Position numbers and translations under genes: made by a program. This document shows, piece after piece, positions 24,812 to 37,471 of a DNA stretch of 64,000 nt. The notes under the pieces are model-generated. The model did no database searches and was not told the origin of the DNA. It saw only the letters and a list, made by a program, of their open reading frames with translations. The stretch comes from Scyliorhinus canicula (Eukaryota): assembly GCF_902713615.1 (NCBI RefSeq), contig NC_052166.1, forward strand, positions 1,922,001 through 1,986,000. Reading direction: 5' to 3'. The stretch's first letter is position 1; every line of letters begins with the position of its first letter.

Positions 24812-25020
24812 GGACCTGCTTGAGCAGTGGTTAGCACTGCTGCCTTACGGCACCAAGGATCTGGGTTCAAACAAGGCCCAGGGTCACTGTCTGTGTGGAG
24901 TTTGCACATTCTCCCAGTGCCTGCGTGGGTCTCACCCTTACACCCAAAGATGTGCAGAGTAGTGGTTTGGCCACGCTAAATTGCCCCTCAATTGGAATGT
25001 TAAAAAAAATGTTTTTAAAA
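24812..25020 (+). mobile_element. Diverged short V-SINE
   Basis: cagtggttagcactgctgcc...gtggagtttgcacattctccc. Confidence 0.75.
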
Positions 25021-25050
25021 AACAACCGGCTCGAGCATCAGGTCACTATA

Positions 25051-25223
25051 TGAAAATGAAATGAAAATCGCTTATTGTCACGAGTAGGCTTCAAATGAAG
25101 TTACTGTGAAAAGCCCCTAGTCGCCACATTCCGGCGCCTGTTCGGGGAGGCTGTTACGTGAATCGAACCGTGCTGCTGGCTTGCTTTCAAAGCCAGCGAT
25201 TAGCCCTGTGAGCTAAACAGCCC
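25051..25223 (-). mobile_element. Short tRNA-derived SINE with (TTTCA)n tail
   Basis: Minus strand ggggctgtttagctc...ggttcgattc...cttttcacagtaacttcatt...(tttca)n. Confidence 0.7.
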
Positions 25224-25319
25224 CTATATTGAGGTGTCACTCCATCCCCAAGTTGATACTGGAGGATTCAGTGATGGTAATGCCATTGAATAGCAATTGG
25301 GGATGGTTAGATCCTCTCT

Positions 25320-25522
25320 TATTATTATCATCATAATTATCTTTATTATTGTCACAAGTAGGCTTACATTAACATTGCAATGAAGTTACTGTGAAAAGCC
25401 TCTTCACCACATTCCAGCGCCTGTTCAGGTACACAGAGGGAGAATTCAGAATGTCCAATTCACCTAACAGCACTTTTTTTGGGCTTGTGAGAGGAAATCA
25501 GAGCACCCGGAGGAAACTCACA
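25320..25522 (-). mobile_element. SINE 3' fragment (cacagtaacttcatt-type tail)
   Basis: Matches the tails at 58160-58245 and 61636-61760. Confidence 0.7.
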
Positions 25523-26210
25523 TTATAAAGTATTTATTTATAGTTTGGACATTTTCACAATTGGAGCCCTGGCTCAACAGCTCTTGGTACAACATCACAA
25601 ACTGGCAGGCTCAGTTATACAAATAGAATACTAAACACAATAAACTTCTTCCTGCAGTTAGTTTAGTCCCCCAGGGTGAGCTTGTCAAACAAACAAGATG
25701 GTCATTGCGTGGCACTTGTGTGGTGTGAATGTTATTTGCCACTTTTAACTCACAAGCCTGATTTTTTCCAGGTCTTTCTGCATTTGCACGTGGACTGCTT
25801 GAGAAGTCACAAATAGTGTTGAATATTGTACAATCATAAGAGAACTGCTTTGTTTTCTCAATTTTATTTTGGGATTCCTTGGAATTTCTTCAATGTCACG
25901 TAGCCAGAAACCTTCCAGGGACATACTATGCGACAGTCATTTTCTACTCAGCAAGATTCCACAAATCATAATGCAATAAGTGTGTTAATAGTTACACTAA
26001 CAATCAATTTACTAGAATCAGTTGGGCTTGTAATGTGGTTCATTTAGATTTGTTCGAAGCAACACGCATTCATTCACAGGGACCAGTTCTCTGCAGACAA
26101 AAGGAAAATGTTCAAGTCTTGCCACTTTTTAAAAATTACCTTGGCGCTCAAAGAGCCAATTGTACATGATTTATTTCTCCACAGAAAAATCTTGACTAAT
26201 CAGAGCCAAT

Positions 26211-26557
26211 CATAGAACATAGAACAGTACAGCACAGAACAGGCCCTTCGGCCCTCGATGTTGTGCCGAGCCATGATCACCCTACTCAAACCCACGTATC
26301 CACCCTATACCCGTAACCCAACACCCCCACCCCCCTTAACCTTACTTTTTAGGACACTACGGGCAATTTAGCATGGCCAATCCACCTAACCCGCACATCT
26401 TTGGACTGTGGGAGGAAACCGGAGCACCCGGAGGAAACCCACACACACACGGGGAGGACGTGCAGACTCCGCACAGACAGTGACCCAGCCTGGAATCGAA
26501 CCTGGGACCCTGGAGCTGTGAAGCATTTATGCTAACCACCATGCTACCGTGCTGCCC
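26211..26557 (-). mobile_element. Young V-SINE
   Basis: Near-identical to 26974-27320, 45251-45594 and 60940-61286. Confidence 0.92.
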
Positions 26558-26973
26558 ATCAATCAGCACCTTTTTCTCCTGTGGTACAAATTGTTGTGAT
26601 GGTTTGAAATTTGGCATTCTTGTTTTTGTGCTGGTGAGTGCAAGATGAAAAACTTTAACAACTCTCTTTTCAGCAATATTCAGGAGCTGGGTGGTGTTTG
26701 AGGGAAGAAAGTTGACCAGGATATTCAGAGAGTTCCCTCTCCCAAAGCTCTTCTACAAATAGTGACACAGACTCCTTACTGTCCTCCTCAATCTAACATT
26801 GCAGCAATTCTTAGCACTGAAGCAGATTGTCCAGATTACTTGTTTAAATCATGGTGCAGCAGAGCGGCAACACTGATTGGCTGTTGCGGGGAAGATTTGC
26901 ATCGGGCGCTCAGTTCTTCCAGAAAGTGGTTTGCGGAGGAGCTGTTGTCAAGGGACTGTTAAACCCCAAACAC

Positions 26974-27320
26974 TAGAACATAGAACAGTACAGCACAGAA
27001 CAGGCCCTTCGGCCCTCAATGTTGTGCCGAGCCATGATCACCCTACTCAAACCCACGTATCCACCCTATACCCGTAACCCAACAACCCCCCCCCCCTTAA
27101 CCTTACTTTTATTAGGACACTATGGGCAATTTAGCATGGCCAATCCACCTAACCCGCACATCTTTGGACTGTGGGAGGAAACCGGAGCACCCGGAGGAAA
27201 CCCACGCACACAGGGGGAGGACGTGCAGACTCCACACAGACAGTGACCCAGCCGGGAATCGAACCTGGGACCCTGGAGCTGTGAAGCATTTATGCTAACC
27301 ACCATGCTACCCTGCTGCCC
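26974..27320 (-). mobile_element. Young V-SINE
   Basis: Complete head, core and (GTTCTAT)n tail. Confidence 0.92.
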
Positions 27321-27346
27321 TTAACTACTTCCCTCACTCCTCCTCG

Positions 27347-27729
27347 AACATAAGAACCAGGAGCAGGGGTAGGCCATATGGCCCCTCGAGCCTGCTCCAC
27401 CATTCAATTAGATCATGGCTGATATTTTGTGGACTCAGCTCCACTTTCTGGCCCAAACACCATAACCCTTAATCCCTTTATTCTTCAAAAAACTATCTAT
27501 CTTTACCTTAAAAACATTTAATGAAGGAGCCTCAACTGCTTCACTGGGCAAGGAATTCCATAGATTCACAACCGTTTGAGTGAAGAAGTTCCTCCTAAAC
27601 TCAGTCCTAAATCTATTTCCCCTTATTTTGAGGCTATGCCCCCTAGTTCTGCTTTCACCTGCCAGTGGAAACAACCTTCCCGCATCTATCCTATCTATTC
27701 CCTTCATAATTTTATATGTTTCTCTAAGA

Positions 27730-27763
<34 letters not shown>

Positions 27764-28052
27764 CCAAATCCTTCTAAATTCCAATAAGTACAGTCCCAGT
27801 CTACTCAACCTCTCCTCGTAATCCAACCCCTTCAGCTCTGGGGTTAACCTAGTGAATCTCCTCTGCACACCCTCCACAGCACCAGACAGTCCTTCCTCAG
27901 GTAAGGAGACCAAAACTGAACACAAGACTCCAGGTGTGGCCTCACTAACACCGTATACAATTGCAGCATAACCTCCCTGGTCTTAAACTCCATCCCTCTA
28001 GCAATGAAGGACAAAATTCCATTCGCCTTCTTAATCACCTGTTGCACCTGTA
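27347..28052 (-). mobile_element. 5'-truncated CR1 (3' 0.7 kb)
   Basis: QQVIKKANGILSFIARGMEF...; tail (GTTCTTAT)n type; contains a C32 run. Confidence 0.88.
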
Positions 28053-28258
28053 AACTCCTCTAACCCAAAAACACACAATCACTGTGAGGATCACAAACAA
28101 GGGAAAGAAAAAGGAAGGGAGATATAGAGGTGCGCTATTAGGTGCTTGAGTGGTGAGACTTTGGCTCGAGAGGCTTCGGTAAGTGGCGTCTCAGCAGAGT
28201 ATAGGTAATCTGAGGTAATGTCCTCTTAACTTTCCTCTTTAGTCTTGGTGTAGTTGGG

Positions 28259-29029
28259 TTGGCAGTGAGGGCAATGATATGCTCCTCCTGCAGGATGTGG
28301 GATCTCAGGGAGGATTCCTTTGTCCCTGGTAATTATACCTGTGGGAAGTGCATCCAGCTGCAGCTCCTGGGAGACCAAGTTATGGACCTTGGTGCACTCA
28401 GGATCATCCGCGATGCTGAGAACTTTATAGATAAGAGTTTTAGTGAGGTGGTCACACCTTAGGTGCAGGCAGAAAGTAGCTGGTGACCACCAGCAGGCAG
28501 AGAGTGCAGGAATCCCCTGTGGCCATTCCCCTCATAAACAAGTATGCCAATAGTTAGGGGGGCAGACAGGAGATTCTGTGGCTGGGACCGGGATATTATA
28601 GCCATAACTGAAACACGGCTAAGGGAGGGACAGGACTGGCAGCTTAATGTTCCAAGGTACATGTGCATTAGGCGAGACAGAGGGAGAGGAGGGAGAGTTG
28701 CATGTTTGATTCAGGGGAACAACCTGGCAGTAGTCACAGATGAAATAACTGAGGGATCATCTGTGGAGTCCAAGATGGTGTGTTACCTTCCAGGTACCAG
28801 GATCAAGGATATCTTGGAGCGGCTGCAGAACATTCTCAAGGGGGAGGCGGAGCAGCCAGAAGTCGTTGTGCACGTTTGCACAAATTTCATCAAGAGAAAT
28901 AGGGATGAAGTCCTGAGGAGTGATTGTAGAGAGCGAGGAAAAAGGTTAACAATCAGGACCTCAAGGGTGGTAATCTCTGGATTACTTCCATTGCCATATG
29001 CTACTGAGAGTAAGAACAGGAGAATATGA
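28259..29029 (+). pseudogene. CR1 ORF1 remnant (zinc-finger-like CxxC...CxxC plus SGNH esterase), degenerate
   Basis: CSSCRMW...CGKCIQLQLL; MVCYLPGTRIKDI...VVVHVCTN...VVISGLLP. Confidence 0.75.
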
Positions 29030-31886
29030 CAGGTGAATGCTTGCTAAAGAATTGGCAGGGGCCAGTAATTCAGATTCTTAGATCATTGTGATCTTTTCTG
29101 GGACAGAAGTACCCGTTTTAAAATGGACAGGTTGCATCTGAACTGAAGGGGGATCAATATCCTGGAGGGCAGATTTGCTAGTTCTACAAAGGAGGGTTTA
29201 AACTAGATTGGCAGGTGGGTGGGATCCTCAGCAGCAGGGAAGCAAATGAGGACCTGAAAGGAGATGCCGTACTCAGCAATGGCAAGCTGAATAGACATGA
29301 TAGGCAGGAGCATGACAGGGAGCGGTGAAAACTTATTGGATTAAATTGCATCTATTTCAATGCAAGAAGGCTGACAGGTAAGGATGGTGAACCCGGGATG
29401 GATAGATACGTGGGACTGGGGTATTATAGCCAGAACTGAAACACGGCTAAGGGAGGGACAGGACTGGCAGCTTAATGTTCCAAAGTACATGTGCATTAGG
29501 CAAGACAGAGGTAGAGGAAAGAGAGGAGGGGGAGTTGCATTTTGATTCAGGGGAACGTCATGGTAGTAGTCACAGATAAAATAACTGAGGGATCATCCAG
29601 CGGGCTTTGTGAGTGAAACTAAGAATAAGAACGGGATGGTGACTTATTAGGGTTGTACTATCAGCCCCCAAACAGTCATAGAACATTACAGCGCAGTACG
29701 GGCCCTTCGGCCCTCGATGTTGCGCCGACCTGTGAAACCATCTGAAGCCTATCTGACCTACACTATTCCATTTTCATCCATATGTCTATCCAGTGACCAC
29801 TTAAATGCCCTTAAAGTTGGCGAGTCTACTACTGTTGCAGGCAGGGCACCACACCCCTACTACTCTCTGAGTAAAGAAACTGCCTCTGTCATCTGTCCTA
29901 TATCTACCACCCCTCAATTTAAAGCTATGTCGCCTCGTGTTGGTCATCACCATCCGAGGAAAGAGACTCTCACTGTCCACCCTATCTAACCCTCTAACTA
30001 TCTTATATGTCTCTATTAAGTCACCTCTCAGCCTTCTCCTCTCTAATGAAGACAACCTCAAGTCCCTGAGCCTTTCCTCATAAGACCTTCCCTCCATACC
30101 AGGCAACGTCCTAGTAAATCTCCTCTGAACCCTTTCCAAAGCTTCCACATCCTTCCTATAATGTGGTGACCAGAACTGCACGCAGTACTCCAGGAGCAGC
30201 CGCACCAGAGTTATGTACAGCTGCAGCATGACCTTGTGGCTCCGAAACTCAATCCCCCTACTGATAAAGGCTAGCACACCATATGCCTTCTTAACAGCCC
30301 TATTAACCTGGGTGGCAACTTTCAGGGATTTATGTACCTGGATGCCGAGATCTCTCTGTTCATCTACACTACCAAGAATCCAGTACTCTGCATTCCTGTT
30401 ACTCCTTCCAAAGTGAATCACCTCACTCTTTTCCTCATTAAACTCCATCTGCCACCTCTCAGCCCAGCTCTGCAGCTTATCTATGTCCCTCTGTATCCTA
30501 TAACATCCTTCAGCACTATCCACAACTCCACCGACCTTCGTGTCATCTGCAAATTTACTAACCCATCCTTCTACACCCTCTTCCAGGTCATTTATAAAAA
30601 TGACAAACAGCAGTGGCCCCAAAACAGATCCTTGCGGTACACCACTAGTAACTGAACTCCAGGATGAACATTTGCCATCAACCACCACCCTCTGTCTTCT
30701 TTCATCTAGCCAATTACTGATCCAAACCTCTAAATCACCTTCAATCCCATACTTCCTTATTTTCTGCAATAACCTACCGTGGGGAACCTTATCAAACGCC
30801 TTACTGAAATCCATATACACCACATCAACTACTTTACCCTCATCCACCTCTTTGGTCACCTTCTCAAAAAACTCAATAAGTTTTGTGAGGCATGACCTAC
30901 CCTTCACAAAACCGTGTTGACTATCGCTAATCAACTTGTTCTTTTCAAGATGATTATAAACCCTATCTCTTATAACCTTTTCCAACATTTTACCCACAAC
31001 CGAAGTAAGGCTCACAGGTCTATAATTGCCAGGGTTGTCTCTACTCCCCTTCTTGAACAAGGGGACAACATTTGCTATGCTCCAGTCTTCCGGCACTATT
31101 CCTGTCGACAAAGACGACATAAAGATCAAGGACAAAGGCTCTGCAATCTCCTCCCTGGCTTCCCAGAGAATCCTAGGATAAATCCCATCTGGCCCAGGGA
31201 CTTATCTATTTTTACACTTTCCAAAATTGCTAACACCTCCTCCTTGTGAACCTCAATTCCATCTAGCCTGGTCGACTGAACCTGAGTATTCTCCTCAACA
31301 ACATTGTCTTTCTCCAGTGTAAACACTGACGAAAAATATCCATTTAACACTTCCCCTATCTCCTCTGATTCAACACACAACTTTCCACTACTATCCTTGA
31401 TGGGCCCTAATCTTACTCTAGTCATTCTTTTGTTCCTGATATACCTATAGAAAGCCTTAGGGTTTTCCTTGATCCTATCTGCCAACGACTTTTCGTGTCC
31501 TCTCCTCGCTTTTCTTAACTCTCCCTTTAGGTCCTTCCTAGCTAACTTGTAACTCTCAAGTGCCCTAACTGAGCCTTCATGTCTCATCCTAACATAAGCC
31601 TTCTTCTTCCTCTTGACAAGTGCTTCAACTTCCTTAGTAAACCACGGTTCCCTTGCTCGACAACTTCCTCCCTGCCTGACAGGTACATACTTATCAAGGA
31701 CACGCAGTAGCTGTTCCTTGAAAAAGCTCCACATTTCGACTTCCGGTTGCGGCTATGACCAGCTAAGTCGCACATTTGGCAGCTCCTGCGACAAAGGTGT
31801 TTAAGGGCCGATTGGAGGGCCCCGACGGTACTGTAAAGACGAATCCCGGTGGGGGAAGGCTCCCTGAGGAGAGTGAGACCAACTTT

Positions 31887-32732
31887 ATGGTCGGTACTCG
31901 GAGAGGGGCGACAAAAAAAGCGGCAGCAGCTCCCCAAAAAAAGCGGGGGAAGAGGACCAAAATGGCGGCCGGTGGTGCACTAGAAGATTGGAGAAAATGG
32001 GCGGAGGAGCAGCAGGCCGCTCTCCTCCGGTGCTTTACGGAGCTGAAAGTGGAACTCTTAGAGTCCATGAACGCGACGACCACAAGGCTGATGGGGGCCC
32101 AGGCGACCCAAGAGGCATCGATAAGAGAGCTGCAGCAGGAGATGGCGGTGAGGGAGGAGGAAGCCACGGTCCTCGTGGGAAAGGTGGAGGTGCACGAGGC
32201 ACTCCACCTGAAATGGCAGAGCCGCTTTGAGGAGCTGGACACGCGAATGAGGCGGAAGAACTTGAGGATCCTGGGCCTAGCAGAAGGCCTGGAGGGGCCT
32301 GATCTCCCGAAATATGTAGCGGAGATGTTGAGCTCCCTGATGGGAGAGGGGGCCGGTCCATCGCCCCTGGAGCTGGAAGAAGCATATCGGGTCATGGCTA
32401 GGCGGCCTAGGGCAAACGAGCCCCCGAGGGCGGTGCTGGTGCGGTTCCAGCGTCTCTGCGATCGGGAGAAAGTGCTGAGGTGGGCCAAGAGGGAGAAAAG
32501 CAGCAAATGGGAGAATTCGACGGTGCGGATATATCAGGACTGGAGTGCGGAGGTGGCAAAGCGGCGGGCCCGGTTTAACCGAACGAAGGCGGTGCTGCAC
32601 GCAAAAAGGATCAAGTTTGGAATGCTGCAGCTAGCGCGCTTGTGGGTCACCTACAAGGACCAGCACCATTACTTTGAGACCCCAGAGGAGGCATGGACTT
32701 TTGTTCAGGAGGAAAAGCTGGACCTGAACTAG
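31887..32732 (+). CDS. L1 ORF1p (coiled coil, RRM-like and C-terminal domains), open frame
   Basis: Uninterrupted; RRKNLRILGLAEGLE, PRAVLVRF, RIYQDWS motifs. Confidence 0.85.
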   Translation: MVGTRRGATKKAAAAPQKKRGKRTKMAAGGALEDWRKWAEEQQAALLRCFTELKVELLESMNATTTRLMGAQATQEASIRELQQEMAVREEEATVLVGKVEVHEALHLKWQSRFEELDTRMRRKNLRILGLAEGLEGPDLPKYVAEMLSSLMGEGAGPSPLELEEAYRVMARRPRANEPPRAVLVRFQRLCDREKVLRWAKREKSSKWENSTVRIYQDWSAEVAKRRARFNRTKAVLHAKRIKFGMLQLARLWVTYKDQHHYFETPEEAWTFVQEEKLDLN

Positions 32733-33676
32733 AACTTGGGAACGCCGGCGGTCGAGGCCGCCCGAGTACCCTTGACTGATCAAGTGGCCCATGTCTTTCT
32801 TAGGCCAGGTCGGAACTTGGTTAAAGTTGATGGATCGTTTGGTTTCTTTGAAACTTGTGTTATGGGGGGTTTCTTTGTTCCTTTTTGTGTGTCTCTTCCC
32901 GTTGCCAACTTCCCTTAATTATTGTTGTTGTAGGGGTTTTTTTTTTACTGTTTTTTGATCTGTTCTTTAAGGGTTATGGTTACTGTTGGTTAAGTACGTT
33001 ATTATTGGGTAGTTATTTAGTTATTTAGTTATGCAGGCATAGTTATGTATTTATGTATTTATTTGCGATTTGTTATTTATATTGTTATATTGTTAAGTTG
33101 GGGAGGCGGGACGGGGGGGGAGCAAGTGGGTTATGCGTGTTTTCTTTTTCTCTTTTTTCTTCCTCTCGTTTTAAGGGGGCTTTGTTATCGGTGTGGATGG
33201 GGACGGGGGTGGAATTGAAGATGGTGGGGTAGGGTGTGGCCGGGCGAAAGCGCGGGCTCTCCCCTGTTTCCCGCGCGCGGGACGGAGGAAGGGGGAGGAG
33301 AGAAGAGTGGGGTGTGGCCAGCAATGGCGGCTTTTCCCGCGCTGAAGCGGAGTCAGAGAGGGATGGCAAGGGGGGGAGGGGGGGGGGGGAGGGAGGCCCC
33401 TCCCCCCCACATCGGGAGGAGTCGGAGTGTGGCAGGGGCAGCCGGGTCAGCGAAAACCAGCTGACTCTCGGGAGTACGATGGTGGATACACTGCGGCTAG
33501 GAGGGGTCCTAGCCAGGGGGGGGAGGGGGGGAAGGGGGGTTAGGGGGGGATACCGGGTTGCTGCTGGAAAGGCTGAGGACGGGAAGGGAAGAACGGGAGG
33601 AGAGAGGGGGGGGGCCATCGCCATGGGGAACGGGTCAGAAGGGGAGGGTCGACCCGGGGCGAACAGGGGACAGAAC

Positions 33677-36600
33677 ATGGCTAATAGACAGGGGAAAGGG
33701 ACGGGTCGCTCCGCGACCCGGTTGATTACTTGGAATGTGAGGGGGCTGAACGGACCGGTCAAGAGATCAAGGGTTTTTTCACACCTAAAGGGACTGCAGG
33801 CGGATGTGGCAATGTTGCAGGAGACTCACTTGAGAGTAGTAGACCAGGTACGCCTGAGAAGGGGGTGGGTGGGACAGGTGTTCCACTCAGGCTTGGACGC
33901 AAAGAACCGGGGGGTGCCGATTTTGGTGGGAAAGAGGGTGTCGTTCGTGGCGGCGCAGGTGGTAGCAGATAAGGAGGGTAGGTACGTGATGGTGAAGGGT
34001 AGGCTGCAGGGAGAGAATGTGGTGCTGGTAAATGTATATGCCCCGAATTGGGATGACGCGGGTTTTATGAGGCGCCTGTTGGGCCTCATTCCGGGTCTGG
34101 AGGCAGGAGGCCTGATCATGGGGGGGGACTTCAACACAGTGCTCGACCCTGGGCTGGACAGATCGAGTTCCAGGACGAATAGGAGGCCGGCAGCGGCGGA
34201 GGTGCTAAGGGGGTTCATGGAGCAGATGGGGGGGGGTAGACCCTTGGAGATTTGGCAGGCCAAGGGCGAGGGAGTATTCTTTTTTCTCCCACGTCCACAG
34301 GGTGTACTCCAGAATAGACTTTTTTGTACTGAGCAGGGGGCTGATTTCGAGAGTGCAGGACACGGAGTACTCGGCCATTGCGATTTCGGACCATGCACCA
34401 CACTGGGTAGAGGTAGAACTGGGGGAAGCACGGGACCAGCGCCCGCTGTGGCGCCTGGATGTGGGGCTGCTGGCGGACGATGAGGTGTGCGGAAGGGTCC
34501 GGAAGGGCATTGAGAGATATCTGGGCACGAACGACACGGGCGAGGTGAAGGTGGGGGTAGTATGGGAGGCCCTGAAAGCAGTGATCAGAGGAGAGCTGAT
34601 CTCCATAAGGGCACACAGAGAAAGGAAGGAGAGGCAGGAGAGGGAGAGACTGGTGGGGGAACTTATAGAAGTGGACAGGAGATATGCGGAGACACCAGAG
34701 GAGGGGCTGTTGAGGGAGCGGCGCAGTTTACAGGCCCAGTTTGACCTACTGACCACTAGGAAGGCGGAGACGCAATGGAGAAGGGCACAGGGTGCGGTCT
34801 ATGAGTACGGGGAAAAGGCGAGCAGGATGCTAGCACACCAGCTGCGCAAGCGAGATGCAGCCAGAGAGATTGGGGGAGTGAGAGAGAAGGGAGGGAACGT
34901 AGTGTAGAAGGGGCAAGAGGTGAATGGGGTCTTCAGGGATTTCTACAGGGAATTGTACCGGTCTGAGCCGCCCAGGAGGAGGGGGGGAATGGAGAACTTC
35001 CTCGATAGATTGAGGTTCCCAAAGGTCCAGGAGGAATGGGTGGAGGGGCTGGGGGCGCCGATAGAGCTGCAGGAACTAGTTAAAGGGATAGGCCAGATGC
35101 AGGCGGGGAAGGCGCCGGGGCCGGATGGGTTCCCGGTGGAATTTTATAAGAAGTATGTGGACTTGGTGGGTCCAGTGCTGGTGCGAGCCTTCAATGAGGC
35201 GCGAGAGGGGGGGGCTCTGCCCCCGACAATGTCACAGGCCCTGATCTCCTTGATCCTGAAGCGGGACAAAGACCCTGTACAGTGCGGGTCCTATAGGCCT
35301 ATCTCCCTCTTGAATGTAGATGCCAAACTGTTGGCAAAGGTCCTGGCAACCAGAATAGAGGATTGTGTGCCAGGGGTAATCCATGAGGACCAGACGGGTT
35401 TCGTAAAGGGACGACAACTTAATACAAATGTCCGGAGGCTGTTGAATGTAATTATGATGCCAGCAGTGGAGGGGGAGGCTGAGATAGTGGTAGCACTGGA
35501 TGCGGAGAAGGCATTCGATAGGGTGGAGTGGGAATACCTGTGGGAGACGCTGGAACGGTTTGGGTTTGGGGAGGGATTTATCAAGTGGGTGAAGCTGCTG
35601 TATTCGGCCCCGATGGCGAGTGTGGTTACAAACGGGAGGAGGTCGGAGTATTTTGGGCTCCATCGAGGTACCAGGCAGGGATGCCCCCTATCCCCCTTAC
35701 TATTTGCATTAGCGATCGAACCGTTGGCGATGGCACTGAGGGGTTCAGGGGGTTGGAGAGGACTGACAAGGGGAGGGGAGGAGCATCGGGTATCACTCTA
35801 TGCGGATGATTTGTTGTTGTATGTGGCGGATCCGGAAGGGGGAATGCCGGAGGTAATGGAAATACTAGCGGAGTTTGGGGACTTTTCGGGATATAAATTA
35901 AATGTGGGTAAAAGTGAGGTCTTTGTGATACACCCGGGAGATCAGGGGGAGGGAATTGGGCGGCTCCCCTTTAGGAGAGCAGTAAAGAGCTTCAGGTACT
36001 TGGGGGTGCAGGTGGCAAGGAACTGGGGGACCCTCCACAAGCTGAACTTTTCAAGGCTGGTGGAGCAGATGGAGGAGGAGTTCAAGAGGTGGGACATGGT
36101 ACCGCTGTCGCTAGCAGGGAGGGTGCAGTCAGTCAAAATGACGGTCCTCCCGAGGTTCTTGTTTCTGTTCCAGTGCTTGCCCATCTTCCTCCCCAGGGCC
36201 TTCTTCAAGAAGGTAACTAGCAGCATTATGGGCTATGTGTGGGCGCATGGCACCCCTAGAGTGAGAAGGATTTTCTTGGAACGGAGTAGGGACAGTGGAG
36301 GATTAGCGCTACCCAATCTTTCCGGATACTACTGGGCGGCGAACGCATCGATGGTGCGCAAGTGGGTGATGGAGGGGGAGGGGGCAGCTTGGAAACGTAT
36401 GGAGAGGGCGTCCTGCGGCAATACAAGCCTGGGGGCGCTAGTAACGGCACCATGGCCGCTCCCCCCCACAAGGTATACCACGAGTCCGGTAGTGGCGGCC
36501 ACCCTTAAAATCTGGGGGCAGTGGAGGCGACACAGGGGGGAAGTGGGGGGTCTGATGGCGGCGCCACTGAGAGGGAACCACAGATTTGTCCCGGGGAACA

Positions 36601-37471
36601 CTGGTGGGGGATTCCAGAGCTGGCACAGGGCGGGCATCAGGCAACTGAGGGACATGTTCATAGAGGGGAGGTTTGCGAGCCTGGGAGAGCTGGAGGAGAA
36701 ATTTGAGCTCCCCCTGGGGAACACGTTTAGATACCTGCAGGTGAAGGCATTTGCCAGACGACAGGTGGAAGGATTCCCCTTGCTTCCCGATGGAGGGGCG
36801 AGTGATAGGGTGCTGTCAGGGGCCTGGGTCGGAGAAGGGAAGGTCTCGGACATCTACAAAATAATGCAGGAGGTGGAGGAGGTACCGATAGAGGAGCTGA
36901 AAGACAAGTGGGAAGCGGAGCTGGGAGAGCAGATAGAAGATGGGACATGGGCGGATGCCCTAGAGAGGGTCAATTCGTCGTCGTCGTGCGCAAGGTTGGG
37001 CCTCATCCAATTTAAGGTACTGCACAGAGCCCATATGACGGGGACTAGGATGAGTCGGTTCTTCGGGGGGGAGGACAGGTGTGTTAGGTGTTCGGGAAGC
37101 CCTGCGAACCATGTACATATGTTCTGGATGTGTCCGGCACTGGAAGAGTTCTGGGAGGGGGTGGCGGGGACGGTATCGAGAGTGGTGGGAACCAGGGTCA
37201 AACCAGGGTGGGGGCTAGCGATTTTTGGGGTTGGGGTGGAGCCAGGAGTACAGGAGGCAAGGGAGGCCGGAATATTGGCCTTTGCGTCCTTGGTAGCTCG
37301 GAGAAGGATCTTGATTCAGTGGAGGGACACAAGGCCACCAAGCGTTAACACCTGGTTAAACGACATGGCAAGCTTCATCCAATTGGAAAGAATCAAATTC
37401 GCCCTGAGAGGGTCGGTACAGGGTTCTTCCGGCGGTGGCAGCCCTTCCTTGACTTTTTGGATCAGAGATAG
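33677..37471 (+). pseudogene. L1 ORF2p (APE-RT-CCHC) with one in-frame stop and two G-run frameshifts
   Basis: ITWNVRGLN, MLQETH, GGDFN, SRIDFF, SDH, GTRQGCPLSP, YADD, CVRC-x8-HMFWMC; TAG at 34905-34907; frameshifts at ~34228-34236 and ~37420. Confidence 0.9.

Larger units (their letters stand above)
24290..25830 (-). mobile_element. Fragments of an older CR1/L2-type LINE RT, broken by SINEs
   Basis: GPDNIPAIPLKTCAPELA...NPANYRPISLLSIIS (24416-24625). Confidence 0.7.

Noticed and set aside
25830-26210. Unique stretch with CCAAT motifs and a possible splice acceptor as a host promoter or exon
   Set aside because: The motifs are short and expected by chance, and there is no coherent ORF or donor site.
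26627-26660. Third hammerhead-like motif (CTGGTGA...GAAAAACTT)
   Set aside because: Core A6 and stem III are broken; at most a decayed Penelope remnant.
33236-33676. Gly/Arg-rich N-terminal extension of L1 ORF2
   Set aside because: It is an open frame through the G-rich spacer; the homologous ORF2 start is MANRQG at 33677.
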